Shown: piece after piece, positions 31,032 through 41,262 of the stretch
How the letters are laid out: each line of letters starts with the position of its first letter
Numbering within the stretch: the first letter of the stretch is position 1
NCBI GenBank assembly: GCA_963785235.1
Contig: CAWAUM010000003.1
Coordinates: 224,001-288,000 of the forward strand
DNA: 64,000 bases
Origin: an uncultured delta proteobacterium
Lineage (GTDB): Bacteria > Desulfobacterota > Desulfomonilia > UBA1062
Direction: 5' to 3'
Position numbers and translations under genes: made by a program
Notes under the pieces: model-generated
What the model was told of the DNA's origin: nothing
Database searches by the model: none
The model's input: the letters and a program-made list of their open reading frames with translations, nothing else

Positions 31032-32183
31032 TCAATCAGGAGTTTTAATGCCTGCTGAAATAAGAGCTGTCCCCAGCTTCATTTGTTTGATCCTGCTTAC
31101 CCGAGAGGCAAAGCGCACGATGTGATCAAGATCATGGGTGAGCGCCTGACATGATTCGGAAGGGATTATACCGGCCGTTGTCATCAGCTCATTGAACTCC
31201 TGGTGCATCTTTGCACAAATATGCCTGAAGGCAAGAATAAGGTTGGTAAGCCCCCCATGATCCTTTTCATCATCAAGCCTTTGAGCTGCCTCGTGCGCGA
31301 TAATATCGAGCACGCTCAACGTGCTGATCAAGCCGCCGAGCTGGAATGGAATATCCCCGGCCAAAGGTGAAGCCTTTTCCCTTAAGGCGCTCACTATCTC
31401 ATGAAATCTTGCTTCCTGGGCACCTATGATGGGGCCCATCATCATGGCGTCCTCGACCTCTCTGAAAGGCAGCGCCATGTCTTCATAGGCGGTCCCGGGT
31501 GTTCCCAACAGGTTCTCTTCAGGTATCATACATGCATCCATAATAATCCCGCCATGGGGGCATGGCTGCAGGAACCCGAAATCGATAGGCCCAGTCTGTC
31601 TGAGCCCGGGTGCTTCTCTGGGTACGATATAGGCGCTGTAGCGTTTCCTTTCAACCTCATAACCGCTTACGGCAATGACCATGAAAAGGTCTGCAATAGG
31701 CCCGTTCGTAAGGAAGGACTTCTCGCCCGTAAGGAGATAACCGGAACCTGTTTTGACTGCCGTGGTTTTCAGGTGTTTGGGGTGTCCTCCGACACCGGGT
31801 TCGGAAATGGCAATGCTCGTAGTCATCTCACCTTTTGCCATGGCTGGAAGGTATCTTTTTTTCTGGCCTGGGGATGCATATTCACTGAAAATAAATCTGG
31901 CTGCAATCTCATGCATGAGCCAGGACAGAGTGATCCCAAGGCAGCAGCCGTGCCTTGCAATGGCCCTGCCTGCTGTATTGATCCCGGAATAACCCAGCCC
32001 TTTGCCTCCGAATTCCTTTGGCGTGCCGATGCCGAGCATACCGGAGTCACCTAACTCCTTCCACAGGTCCAGGGGAAAGGAGGTACTTGATGAGAGTCCT
32101 GCCCTGGCGGCTATGGACCGCATTGCAAAATCTGCAACCTGCTGCTGGAGACCCTTCAGGTCATCTGCTTGAGCGTATCTCAT
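31032..32183 (-). CDS. Acyl-CoA dehydrogenase-like protein (divergent C-terminus)
   Basis: FPLDLWKELG..GMLG, QKKRYLP, IAISEP..G, LTGEKSFLTNGPIAD. Confidence 0.8.
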   Translation of the reverse strand: MRYAQADDLKGLQQQVADFAMRSIAARAGLSSSTSFPLDLWKELGDSGMLGIGTPKEFGGKGLGYSGINTAGRAIARHGCCLGITLSWLMHEIAARFIFSEYASPGQKKRYLPAMAKGEMTTSIAISEPGVGGHPKHLKTTAVKTGSGYLLTGEKSFLTNGPIADLFMVIAVSGYEVERKRYSAYIVPREAPGLRQTGPIDFGFLQPCPHGGIIMDACMIPEENLLGTPGTAYEDMALPFREVEDAMMMGPIIGAQEARFHEIVSALREKASPLAGDIPFQLGGLISTLSVLDIIAHEAAQRLDDEKDHGGLTNLILAFRHICAKMHQEFNELMTTAGIIPSESCQALTHDLDHIVRFASRVSRIKQMKLGTALISAGIKTPD

Positions 32184-32188
32184 GGATA

Positions 32189-33565
32189 TCAGAGCACCAG
32201 CTCCTCAATGAAATCTATGAGCTGATTGAGATTGCGGCACTGCCTGAGCTCGTGGCAGTGCTGCTTGTAGGCATACATCTCAGAGTCCCCTGTGTTCCAG
32301 CTGCCCACAGGCTCCGGATTGAGCCAGATAACCCTCCGGCAGCGGTCCCGCATCTCCCCTAGAATCCTGTCCTCCGGATGCAGGTAGTTGGTCCTTGCAT
32401 CCCCCATGATGATAAGTGTTGTGCGCTTGTTGAGGATATCCATATGGTCGCGATCAAACTGTCTGAAGGTCTCGCCGTAATCCGTAGGCACATAATAGTT
32501 GAATTCCAGGTCTTTCAGGATCAACTCGATGGCATGGTTCGGTTCGTTGTTGTCGAATACATCCGTAACCTCTTTCAATCCTGCGACAAAAACAAAGCTG
32601 TTCACCTTCTCGAAGCACTCATGCAGCGAGTAAAGGACATTGAGCATGAACCTTGCTGCAGACCAGACCGACGACGAGATGTCACACAGGGTGACAATTT
32701 TACCCTTCTTGGGTGGACGTTTTCTGAACAGGATCTCAACAGGCACACCATTGTACCTTGCAGACCTGCGGAGCGTCTTCTTTACATCCAGCACACCCCT
32801 ATTGTTCTGAGCATATCTTCGCGAAATGATATCCTTGAGCTTCCGTACAAGATTATCAAGGACATCGCGAACATCTTCTATCTCTTTCGCGCTCAATGAA
32901 GCAAAGGGCCTCTCACCGAGCTCCATGAGGTGCTTTTCATGGGTCTTGTAACCCCGCTGCTCATCGGTGTATGGCCTGGGCTCCTTGAGCAGCAGCGCAA
33001 AGGCGCTTTGGAGATACTCATTGAAATATCTGGTCAGCTCCTGGCGCATGGCACTGTTAAACGCAAAAGGATTGTCATGAAGGAATCTGCCTATCTCTTC
33101 ACGCACCTTATTGAGAGCCACCATGACCTTGAGCCTGTTTGCCAGCGGGCCAAGGTTGAATTTCATGCCTAAGCTGGGAGAATCGCCTTGGCTCTGGATC
33201 TGCCGCATCATCTCCAGGAACATGAGCGGGTCTCCCGAGAGGAACTCGATGATGGCGTTATGCGAACGGTCGCCGTTTGCCTGGTCCCGCAGGGAGTTGA
33301 TGACCTGGTCGGCCTTGCCCGCAAGACCCTCCTCTTCTGAGAGGTCGCCCCTGAGTTCATGAAAGAAGAGGTGGTAGAGACGGTCAAAGTGTGCCTGGTC
33401 CCGTCTGCTCTTGGCAAAGTTGGCCCGCAGGGCTGCCCGGAATTCCGTCTCATCCAGTACATCAACGAGCTCGATCTGCTCGACGCAGTCGATGACCTCG
33501 GCGGTGGAGATACGATATCCGGCTGCCCTGCAGCATGCCACGAACTTCAGGATTGGGTTTATCAT
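32189..33565 (-). CDS. CoxE-like VWA-domain protein
   Basis: LDVKKTLRRS, LCDISSSV, TDYG, IMGDARTNY, WLNPEP..W.TGDSEM. Confidence 0.88.
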   Translation of the reverse strand: MINPILKFVACCRAAGYRISTAEVIDCVEQIELVDVLDETEFRAALRANFAKSRRDQAHFDRLYHLFFHELRGDLSEEEGLAGKADQVINSLRDQANGDRSHNAIIEFLSGDPLMFLEMMRQIQSQGDSPSLGMKFNLGPLANRLKVMVALNKVREEIGRFLHDNPFAFNSAMRQELTRYFNEYLQSAFALLLKEPRPYTDEQRGYKTHEKHLMELGERPFASLSAKEIEDVRDVLDNLVRKLKDIISRRYAQNNRGVLDVKKTLRRSARYNGVPVEILFRKRPPKKGKIVTLCDISSSVWSAARFMLNVLYSLHECFEKVNSFVFVAGLKEVTDVFDNNEPNHAIELILKDLEFNYYVPTDYGETFRQFDRDHMDILNKRTTLIIMGDARTNYLHPEDRILGEMRDRCRRVIWLNPEPVGSWNTGDSEMYAYKQHCHELRQCRNLNQLIDFIEELVL

Positions 33566-33575
33566 CTGGGCAAAC

Positions 33576-34485
33576 CTAGTTTACAAGTTCCTGCGCCTTT
33601 TCCTTCACCGCCTGGGCATCGGAGCGATATTTGCAGAGCATGTTCAGTGTCTCGAGCAGAACTTCAGGGGTGATTTCCTCCACATTCAAGGCAAGCAGCG
33701 ACCGCGCCCAGTCAATCGTCTCGGAGATGCATGGCTTCTTTTTCAGGTCAACGTTGCGGATGTTTCGAACAGTATCCACGACCTGCTCGGCAAGCCTTAC
33801 GAGATATCCCGGGGATCTTGATGGTGACGATGCGCAGCTCCAGCTCGCGCTCAGGGTATTCGATATAGATATGGATGCAGCGGCGCTTCAGTGCATCGCT
33901 CATGTCGCGGTAGTTGTTGGAGGTGAGCACTACGAAGGGGATATTCACGGCCTTCATGGTCCCGAGCTCGGGGATGGAGACCTGGAAATCACTGAGCAGC
34001 TCCAGCAGGAATGCCTCGAATTCAGGGTCGGATTTGTCCACCTCATCGATGAGCAGGACCACGGGGTCCTTTGAACTGATTGCCTTCAGCAGCGGCCGGG
34101 GCTGGATGAAGCGTTCGGAAAAGAAGGCGTCTTCCTGGTCGGCAATACGGTCTACGGCTTCCGTGAGCGTTTTGGCGCCGGTAATGACATCGCTGATCTT
34201 TTCTTTCACCATCTGGGTGTAAAGGAGCTGCTTGGCATATTCCCACTCGTACAGTGCCTTGGCCTCATCAAGGCCCTCATAGCACTGGAGGCGGATGAGC
34301 TCGCAGTCAAAAGCCCGTGCGATTGCCTTTGCCAGCTCCGTCTTTCCCACGCCGGCAGGCCCTTCCACAAGGATGGGCTTGCCGGTGGCTGAGGCAAGGA
34401 ACACAACAGTGGCAATCTCCCGGGAGGTGATATACCCGACAACCTGTAATCTTTCCTGAACATCTGCTACATTTTTGAACATCAT
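33576..34485 (-). CDS. MoxR/CoxD-like AAA+ ATPase, frameshift near 33795
   Basis: EGPAGVGKT, RLQCYEGLD, LLIDEVDK, LTSN, DALKRRC. The C-terminus KKPCISETIDW is in ORF 33576-33779. Confidence 0.9.
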
Positions 34486-34572
34486 GGGTTGATCCTTCCT
34501 TGTAAGGCATTATTCTATACACCAAGTGCAGCAAGAAGGAAATATCATCACAAGAATAACGGGGAGGATAAG

Positions 34573-34769
34573 ATAAAAGGCGGATCGTAGCGCTCCTGTT
34601 GCCGGCATTTTTTCCTGATGGGTACTTTTCAGGCTGGGACACTGAAACTCGCCACAACCGATTGGGAACCTTATGTGGGGAAAGCAATCAAGGGTGAAAG
34701 GCTCAATGCTGAGATAGTAACAGAAGCATTCAAGGTGGCCGGGCAGGAACGCCCGGCCCCCTTATTATA
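34573..34769 (+). pseudogene. Remnant of a family-3 extracellular solute-binding protein gene
   Basis: GGAGG, a degenerate start, a hydrophobic leader, then GTLKLATTDWEPYVGK...NAEIVTEAFKVAG; truncated. Confidence 0.5.
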
Positions 34770-34780
34770 AATCCTGTTTG

Positions 34781-35821
34781 TTATTGCACCCAGGCAAGGT
34801 CTTCGAGTGTATTCGGATACTGGCCGATCCCAAAGAACCCGAAACAGCTGTCGTTTCCTTCCGTAATGTACGCTTGTACACTATCTGTATTCGGATTGGG
34901 CGGTGTTGCAAGGACATTGATGATCGGCTGCAAGGTGCTATTCTCAAGACCACTCAATGTGGTTGTCATATAGTATGTGTAAGAATCTGATGAGTTGTTG
35001 TTCTGGTCATTGCGCGCCATAAAGGCCATCTCACTCGCTGGGGATGCTATGCTCCCGCCCCCCATGACCTCCCAGTTGCCACCTGCTGCATTCGTACATT
35101 CAGATATCTTGAAGGACTTCTCATTTATGTTCCCTTCCCACCTGAACTGCACCTTGCTCCCGGTAATGCCAGCATGCCAGACCCGCACAACATTGCCTTC
35201 AATCATTGCTAAATACGCACCTGATTGCGTATTACCGATTACGTACTGTTCAACAATAGTCTGGTTTCCGCCCTCTTGAGAAAAGGCCATGTGGATCGTC
35301 ATATTCTGATCCGGCACACTCAGGGTAACAAGCCTGTCAAGTGGTTGCAGCAGGTCCAATAAATCCGAATCAAAGCCGAGAAAGGGGATGGTGACAGTTC
35401 TGATGGCTGTATCCACTACGGCAGAGTTATTGCCTTGGCTGTATGTTCCGGAAGTTCCCCAGCTATCCGAGAACTGGTTTACCAGTTGGATATGGGAATC
35501 CAGCACCTGAATCTGGCTGTAAATGCATTCATCCCCGCCATTTGCCGAATCAAAAAGTTTGCCCAGCACTGTGCTGCTTGCACCGGGATTCCAACTGTTC
35601 CAATCAGCCAAGTTGCTTGTCCCTGCGGATAGACTGCCTTTATTGAGGTAGGGTGTACAGGTTTTCACCTGCGCAGTAAACAGGCCCAGTTTGGTCCCGG
35701 GAGTCCCATTGTTATTCCCATCGCCGCCTGAATTATCATCGCCCCCGCCGCCTCCTCCGCCCCCGCACCCGGCAAGGACCATGAGTGTACCGATAACCAG
35801 GGCCAACATTGTTCTATTCAT
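34781..35821 (-). CDS. Hypothetical lipoprotein with a Gly-rich linker
   Basis: Lipobox LAGC followed by GGGGGGGGDDNSGG. Beta-rich body. Confidence 0.75.
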   Translation of the reverse strand: MNRTMLALVIGTLMVLAGCGGGGGGGGDDNSGGDGNNNGTPGTKLGLFTAQVKTCTPYLNKGSLSAGTSNLADWNSWNPGASSTVLGKLFDSANGGDECIYSQIQVLDSHIQLVNQFSDSWGTSGTYSQGNNSAVVDTAIRTVTIPFLGFDSDLLDLLQPLDRLVTLSVPDQNMTIHMAFSQEGGNQTIVEQYVIGNTQSGAYLAMIEGNVVRVWHAGITGSKVQFRWEGNINEKSFKISECTNAAGGNWEVMGGGSIASPASEMAFMARNDQNNNSSDSYTYYMTTTLSGLENSTLQPIINVLATPPNPNTDSVQAYITEGNDSCFGFFGIGQYPNTLEDLAWVQ

Positions 35822-36009
35822 GGGTATCCCCTCATAATGTCATGATATTGTATCTATACGGTTTATGGGTGGGAAAAGTTTAATCAGGGCTGTTCTTGTA
35901 ATCATTTCATCATCTTGTTAAATATTTTTTTCATATTTTTTTCATATCTTGACTTTGTTGCACTTGGCCCTATTATCGTTAATCAAATTTGTTATGAAAG
36001 GAGTTTTAA

Positions 36010-36351
36010 ATGATGAAGGTCAGAAAAGTAGTGTGGTGTGTCGTTTTATTCTTATTTGCCTTTAGTGTCCCTTTAATTGCGGCACAAGGCGTAATCAACG
36101 TGAATACCGCAACCAAGGAAGAGCTCATGATGCTGCCCGGTATAGGGGACAAGACAGCATCGGCCATCGTGGCATACAGGAAGGCGAACGGACCATTCAA
36201 GACTATTGATGACATGATAAAAATCAAGGGCATCAGCAAGAAAAAACTTGATAAGCTGCGTCCATCTCTGGTCCTGACAGGTCAGAACACCTTCATCCCT
36301 GCCCAAACTCAGAAGGAGGTCAATAAAACCGCTTCAAAAACAAAAAAATGA
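36010..36351 (+). CDS. comEA: ComEA-family helix-hairpin-helix DNA-binding protein
   Basis: Signal peptide; INVNTATKEELMMLPGIG...AIVAYR..NGPFK....IKGI. Confidence 0.88.
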   Translation: MMKVRKVVWCVVLFLFAFSVPLIAAQGVINVNTATKEELMMLPGIGDKTASAIVAYRKANGPFKTIDDMIKIKGISKKKLDKLRPSLVLTGQNTFIPAQTQKEVNKTASKTKK

Positions 36352-36397
36352 CCAGGCAACAACCATCTTGCCCCTCTGGAGAAGTCTTATAAACTTG

Positions 36398-36436
36398 AAC
36401 CGGTGCCGCTTTTTTGTGGCGGCATCGGTTTTTTTA
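36398..36436. terminator. Intrinsic terminator between convergent comEA and cbpA
   Basis: AACCGGTGCCGC-loop-GCGGCATCGGTT followed by a T run. Confidence 0.7.
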
Positions 36437-37393
36437 CTCGGCCTTATCGGCCTTGAAAGATGAAATCTTCTTCAACTCGGTAAAGAGTTTTTTCTCCTCG
36501 TTACTCAAGTGTTTTGGGGTTACAATCTTGATTTGAGCGAACAGATCACCTTTATGGGCCAGGCCTTTACCCTTTAGTCTGAGCCTTTGGCCGGAAGAAA
36601 CACCCGAGGGTATCTTAAGGTTGAGTTTTCCATCCAGGGTTTCCACCTCGCAGGTAGTCCCAAGGGCTGCATCCCAAGGGGTTATTGGTATCTCTACAAT
36701 AAAGTCTGACCCTTCCTGCTTGTACCTTTGGTCAGGATTTACCTTTATTTTCAGATACAGGTCTCCTGATCCGCCAGTGCCCAAATTGCCCTGCCCACCG
36801 AGGCGGATCTTCATACCGTCATAGGCACCTTGGGGTATCTTGACATTCAGCCGCTTTTCTCCACCAGGTGCCTGGATAAGGATCTCTTTGGTTCCCCCCT
36901 TATGTGCATCCTCCAGTGAGACGGCAATCTCAGACTCCAAATCGCTCCCCTTTTGAGGGGCGGAACGGTACTCGCGCTGGCGGCCCATGCCCGACTCTCC
37001 GAAAAGGGTCTCAAAAAAATCCGAGAATGCCCCTGCCCCCTCGCTGCCTCGGGCCCCGGGTTCGAATTCGAAACTGAAATTCCTGCCCCCCGTGCGTCTC
37101 CCCTTTGGAGCGAAGTTGCCATCAGTGAAAAAATTCTCGAATCCCGGAGGCGGCCTGAAAGACTGGCCTTCCTGCCAGTTATTGCCCAAGGCATCATAGC
37201 GCTGGCGCTTCTCAGGATCTTCAAGGACCTCATGCGCCTCGTTCAATTCTTTGAACCGCTTCTCGGCTGTAGGATCATTCTTGCACATGTCAGGATGACA
37301 GGTGCGAGCGAGCTTGCGGTATTTCTTTTTTATCTCTTCCTGGCTCGCATTACGCTCAACACCTAAGATTTTGTAATAATCTTTATATTCCAC
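36434..37393 (-). CDS. cbpA: DnaJ-class chaperone without a zinc finger (CbpA-like)
   Basis: KDYYKILGV...HPD J-domain, G/F region, [10 protein letters not shown], DnaJ C-terminal domain; no CxxCxGxG repeats. Confidence 0.88.
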   Translation of the reverse strand: MEYKDYYKILGVERNASQEEIKKKYRKLARTCHPDMCKNDPTAEKRFKELNEAHEVLEDPEKRQRYDALGNNWQEGQSFRPPPGFENFFTDGNFAPKGRRTGGRNFSFEFEPGARGSEGAGAFSDFFETLFGESGMGRQREYRSAPQKGSDLESEIAVSLEDAHKGGTKEILIQAPGGEKRLNVKIPQGAYDGMKIRLGGQGNLGTGGSGDLYLKIKVNPDQRYKQEGSDFIVEIPITPWDAALGTTCEVETLDGKLNLKIPSGVSSGQRLRLKGKGLAHKGDLFAQIKIVTPKHLSNEEKKLFTELKKISSFKADKAE

Positions 37394-37496
37394 CTGATCA
37401 CCCCACTTGTCATTTGTTTCTTAACATAGGGATTATGCGCTAAAATATCAATAGATACGAGGAATAAAGAAGGGAAAAGCCATTAGTGGCCCAACT

Positions 37497-38417
37497 CTAG
37501 AAACGGGTTTTCACCTGGGCAATGATCTGGTGAGGGATGTCCGAGAGTTCTTTGGTAAGATAGCCGGAGGCATGAAGGGTTTGAATGGACTTATCAAGGT
37601 ATTCCTGGGCGATTGCCCTGCTCCCTCTTAGGATCTCCGTATCAAGCATGGACACAATATAATCTTTCTTTTCCTCGGGAGTGGGTAACGTCGCTATTTT
37701 TCTGAGCACGTCAGGCCTCTTGTTGAAAAGGATCACCAGCGGCAGCGTGGACTTTCCCTCCAGAATATCATTGAAGGCATCTTTGTTGTCTGTTTCATCA
37801 GGGCTTACATTGATGATGTCATCCACGATCTGAAATCCCATGCCCACAAGCCGGCCGAAGGAAGCGAGGTCGTCCAGGGCCTTCTCGGAAAGACCGGCGA
37901 GGATACCCGTGCCCATGCTGCACAGTTCGAACAGGGATGCGGTTTTGAGGTAGATAATCTTCAGATATACTTCCTTGCTGTCATGGAAGGCGTGTGCGTG
38001 TTCAAGCTCCATGAGCTCGCCTTCGGACATCTTCTTGATCGTCTGGACCACGCTCAAGGCAAGGCGCATGTCTCCCAGCGAGCACATGGTTTCCATGGCC
38101 GATGCTGAAATGAAATCACCTGCAAGCAGGGCCGGCTTGTCGCCAAAGATCTGGTTCGCCGTGGGTCTTGAACGGCGTATCTCTGTGCCGTCAACTACAT
38201 CGTCGTGCAGCAGGCTGGCCGTGTGCATGAGCTCAACGGTATAGGCGAAAGGCATAAAGACCGATTGAGGTAGACCTATGGCACTGCCAATAAGCCCCAC
38301 GATCTTCGGTCGCAGGCGCTTTCCTCCGGAATCCAGGATATATTGGCCGATTCTTCCGGTATACGATGATGAGCTGGCAAGGATCTCCTTGAGATGTACC
38401 TCAAAGTCGTCATTCAT
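37497..38417 (-). CDS. ispB: Polyprenyl diphosphate synthase (IspB-like)
   Basis: GGKRLRP, HTASLLHDDVVD...RR, KTASLF, FQIVDD, EGKSTLP. Confidence 0.85.
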   Translation of the reverse strand: MNDDFEVHLKEILASSSSYTGRIGQYILDSGGKRLRPKIVGLIGSAIGLPQSVFMPFAYTVELMHTASLLHDDVVDGTEIRRSRPTANQIFGDKPALLAGDFISASAMETMCSLGDMRLALSVVQTIKKMSEGELMELEHAHAFHDSKEVYLKIIYLKTASLFELCSMGTGILAGLSEKALDDLASFGRLVGMGFQIVDDIINVSPDETDNKDAFNDILEGKSTLPLVILFNKRPDVLRKIATLPTPEEKKDYIVSMLDTEILRGSRAIAQEYLDKSIQTLHASGYLTKELSDIPHQIIAQVKTRF

Positions 38418-38645
38418 CCCTAGAGCTATAACAGACCATATTACCAATATCAATGACAACATGGTCTCATTATCTACACTGATAATTGAGGGTTCTTACC
38501 TTGAGTAAGCTTATACGATTTATTAAAATCAAGAAGACATGAGTCCTCAGGAGTTGTATATTGTAATGACATCAGGCCGGACATTTGCTTTTCTGATTTT
38601 GGAAATAACCATCGGCATCACGGCATTAATCGAGGGGGGTTTATT

Positions 38646-39221
38646 ATGAGGTATGTTTTGAGAAGGTCTATTTGGTCTGTTTTCTTCTCAATGTTATTAT
38701 GCTCATGTTCTCTGCCTGTAACCAAGGTCGATATACAATCCTTCGGCCTGGAGAAACCCGATGTCACCAAAGACCAGGCACTGGCATCTTTGACCAATAT
38801 CTTTGTCAACCGTGGATTTGATATAAAGTTTGCCAACAAAGAGGCAGGCCTGGTAACAACCGAATATAAAAAATTTGCATCCATGGGTGATAGACCTCCC
38901 TTCGATTATTACATGCAGGTAAAGGGGCGAATCATGGAAGCAAATGATACCACCAAGATTACCTTGACCCCCATTGTAAAAAGCCAGAACCGAATGAACG
39001 CTGCTGATTTCACCGAGCGTGAATTGTCCTACTTCATAGGTGATGCACCGGCGATTCAAAAAATCGGCAGCATGAAAGATAATGTCGGATGGAGGGCCAT
39101 CGGCCAGATCGTATTCATGAATATAGTCCACGATACAGCAGAAACCTATGGACTGACTATTGAAGAATTAACACAGAATGTGACCAAGACACCGTCATCT
39201 ACATCAGAAGCGGATGAGTAA
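38646..39221 (+). CDS. Hypothetical lipoprotein
   Basis: Lipobox-like LCSC. GFDIKFANKEAGLVTTEY is a BamC-like helix-grip pattern (inference). Confidence 0.65.
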   Translation: MRYVLRRSIWSVFFSMLLCSCSLPVTKVDIQSFGLEKPDVTKDQALASLTNIFVNRGFDIKFANKEAGLVTTEYKKFASMGDRPPFDYYMQVKGRIMEANDTTKITLTPIVKSQNRMNAADFTERELSYFIGDAPAIQKIGSMKDNVGWRAIGQIVFMNIVHDTAETYGLTIEELTQNVTKTPSSTSEADE

Positions 39222-39243
39222 AACAAATGTACCGGAGGTTTTT

Positions 39244-40173
39244 ATGAGAAACAGTATCCTGACATTTACCGTTATCCTCCTCATGGCCATTATGGGCTGT
39301 GAGAGCAACATGTTGGAACCCCTTGCAGATGATTCCAGCAAAGAGGCGAGTCTTGAAGAGGCCAAGATGGACCTTGACGACGGGAACTATGACTCTGCCA
39401 TCTCTGCACTGAGCAGTTACAGAGGTTCATCAGATCCCGAGGTTGCGGGGATACTGTCATCCGCCTATATGGGAAAGGCCGGCCTGGATCTGACCTATAT
39501 GCTTGAGCATATCGATTCAGAGAATTCGGACAACTTCGATGTTATCGCCTCCGCCTTCTCCCTCAAGACAACAGAACAGCTCAATGCATCGTCATCCGTG
39601 CTGTACAAGGCAGGCTCGGATACCACGCCTCGTTTCATCACAACTGGATCCGTTGTTACGCTGCTTACAAATCTTTCCCTGGCGCAGAAGTATCTCACAA
39701 CCTCTCTGGCAGCAAATCCGGGCAATAAAAACATCACCGACGACCTCACCGTGCAGCTGGGCATTGCATCGGCACTGCATTTCATCATAGACATAGGCTA
39801 TATCATTGCTGATGTGAAAGGACTGCAACATCCCCATAAACCAGGCAGCCTACCAGGCAGTCTTCCCCCGAAGCCCAACGTGACCACCTTGGGCAACCAG
39901 GTGGATGGATATCTCAGTACCCATGCAGCGGAGTTGCAGGCTTTCAATGGGGACATAGCCGGTTTGCGAAACGACCTCTGGAATGTTTACCTTACTGTTG
40001 AGGTGTTCATTACCAATCTCGGCTCGGATGAAGATATAACCCGTGACTTTAATGAATTTATAACCGATCTCCTGGGGCTTCCTACGGAATCAAGTAAGGC
40101 TGTCATCAAGGATGCCGTAGATTTTTATGATGGGTCTGACATCGTGAATTTTATTAACAACAAGCTTCTTTAG
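39244..40173 (+). CDS. Hypothetical alpha-helical (TPR-like) lipoprotein
   Basis: GGAGG before ATG 39244; lipobox IMGC; LEEAKMDLDDGNYDSAI...LSSAYMGKAGLD. Two compensating frameshifts are possible near 39820-39870. Confidence 0.7.
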   Translation: MRNSILTFTVILLMAIMGCESNMLEPLADDSSKEASLEEAKMDLDDGNYDSAISALSSYRGSSDPEVAGILSSAYMGKAGLDLTYMLEHIDSENSDNFDVIASAFSLKTTEQLNASSSVLYKAGSDTTPRFITTGSVVTLLTNLSLAQKYLTTSLAANPGNKNITDDLTVQLGIASALHFIIDIGYIIADVKGLQHPHKPGSLPGSLPPKPNVTTLGNQVDGYLSTHAAELQAFNGDIAGLRNDLWNVYLTVEVFITNLGSDEDITRDFNEFITDLLGLPTESSKAVIKDAVDFYDGSDIVNFINNKLL

Positions 40174-40187
40174 GATAAAAGAGGGGG

Positions 40188-41255
40188 TTGACTATGAAAA
40201 AAATCCCGTTCCTGACGGTGTTATTTGTCTTTGTTTCTTGTATCTGTATGGCAGCGGAGTACCCTTATATCTACAAGGGCTTCAGGCCAATGGGTATGGG
40301 CGGCGCTTTTGTTGCGGTATCCAATGACGCGAATGCCCTTTTCTATAATCCGGCAGGTCTTGCTGATATTGAAAACATCCGGGTTTCCATCTTCAGCCTT
40401 GAGGTCGAGACAAGCGAGAATACCACCGGTCTCATCAAGGATGCCATGGATACGGACTTCGGCAATGCTGCGGAGAGCGCGCAGTTCCTGAGAGATCATA
40501 TGGGGGACCGTTCTCATCTAGGCATTGCCATTGTGCCAAGCTATTCCATGCCGCGGTTCGCAGTTACCCTCCTCGGTACCGGGAGGATGGACCTGGAGGT
40601 GAGGGACAGACAATATCCCAAGCTGGATGTGATTGTTGTAAGCGATACCGGTTTAGGCGCAGGATATGCACATCCCTTTCTCGATAATACCCTCCTGGTG
40701 GGGGCGAGCGCAAAATATATCTACCGGCAGAGCCTTACCCAGGAATATACCGTGGCTGACCTCTCAGATGAACTTTCAGACACAATCAAGGATGACCTGG
40801 AAAAAGGCAATGGGATACTGGTGGACCTGGGGGTCATCTATAGATTAAGCAAATTCCAATTTGCAAATTCCCGCCTTGGGATATCTGCGAACAACCTCTT
40901 TGGCGGTGGTCTCGGCGATGCAGCGGATGCGACCCAGCACGTGGACATCGGGTTTGCCCAGGATCTGGACCTGAAGGTGACTAATGCCACGTTTGCCGTC
41001 GATTATGTGGACATCTTCAACCAGTTCGACCAGGACAGCGATATGGCCAAGAGGCTCAGACTCGGCGTTGAATGTAAATTCCTTGATATCGTTAATGTGC
41101 GCGCAGGACTCTATCAGGGATATTTCACCGCAGGACTGAACCTTGAAGCCAGGATCGTGCGTCTCGATCTCTTGACCTATGCAGAAGAAATAGGAGCCTA
41201 TGCAGGCCAGAGGGTTGACAGGAGATACGCAGGTCGTTTTGTCTTCGGCTTTTGA
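40188..41255 (+). CDS. Outer-membrane beta-barrel of the FadL/PorV/TraF_2-like group
   Basis: Signal peptide; RPMGMGGAFVAVSNDANALFYNPAGL hatch motif; alternating beta-strands; C-terminal Phe (FVFGF). Confidence 0.8.
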   Translation: MTMKKIPFLTVLFVFVSCICMAAEYPYIYKGFRPMGMGGAFVAVSNDANALFYNPAGLADIENIRVSIFSLEVETSENTTGLIKDAMDTDFGNAAESAQFLRDHMGDRSHLGIAIVPSYSMPRFAVTLLGTGRMDLEVRDRQYPKLDVIVVSDTGLGAGYAHPFLDNTLLVGASAKYIYRQSLTQEYTVADLSDELSDTIKDDLEKGNGILVDLGVIYRLSKFQFANSRLGISANNLFGGGLGDAADATQHVDIGFAQDLDLKVTNATFAVDYVDIFNQFDQDSDMAKRLRLGVECKFLDIVNVRAGLYQGYFTAGLNLEARIVRLDLLTYAEEIGAYAGQRVDRRYAGRFVFGF

Positions 41256-41262
41256 GAAGGGA

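Noticed and set aside
40188-41255. Conjugative element suggested by a TraF-like barrel
   Set aside because: There is no relaxase, coupling protein, VirB4 or integrase nearby, and the flanking genes are chromosomal housekeeping genes.
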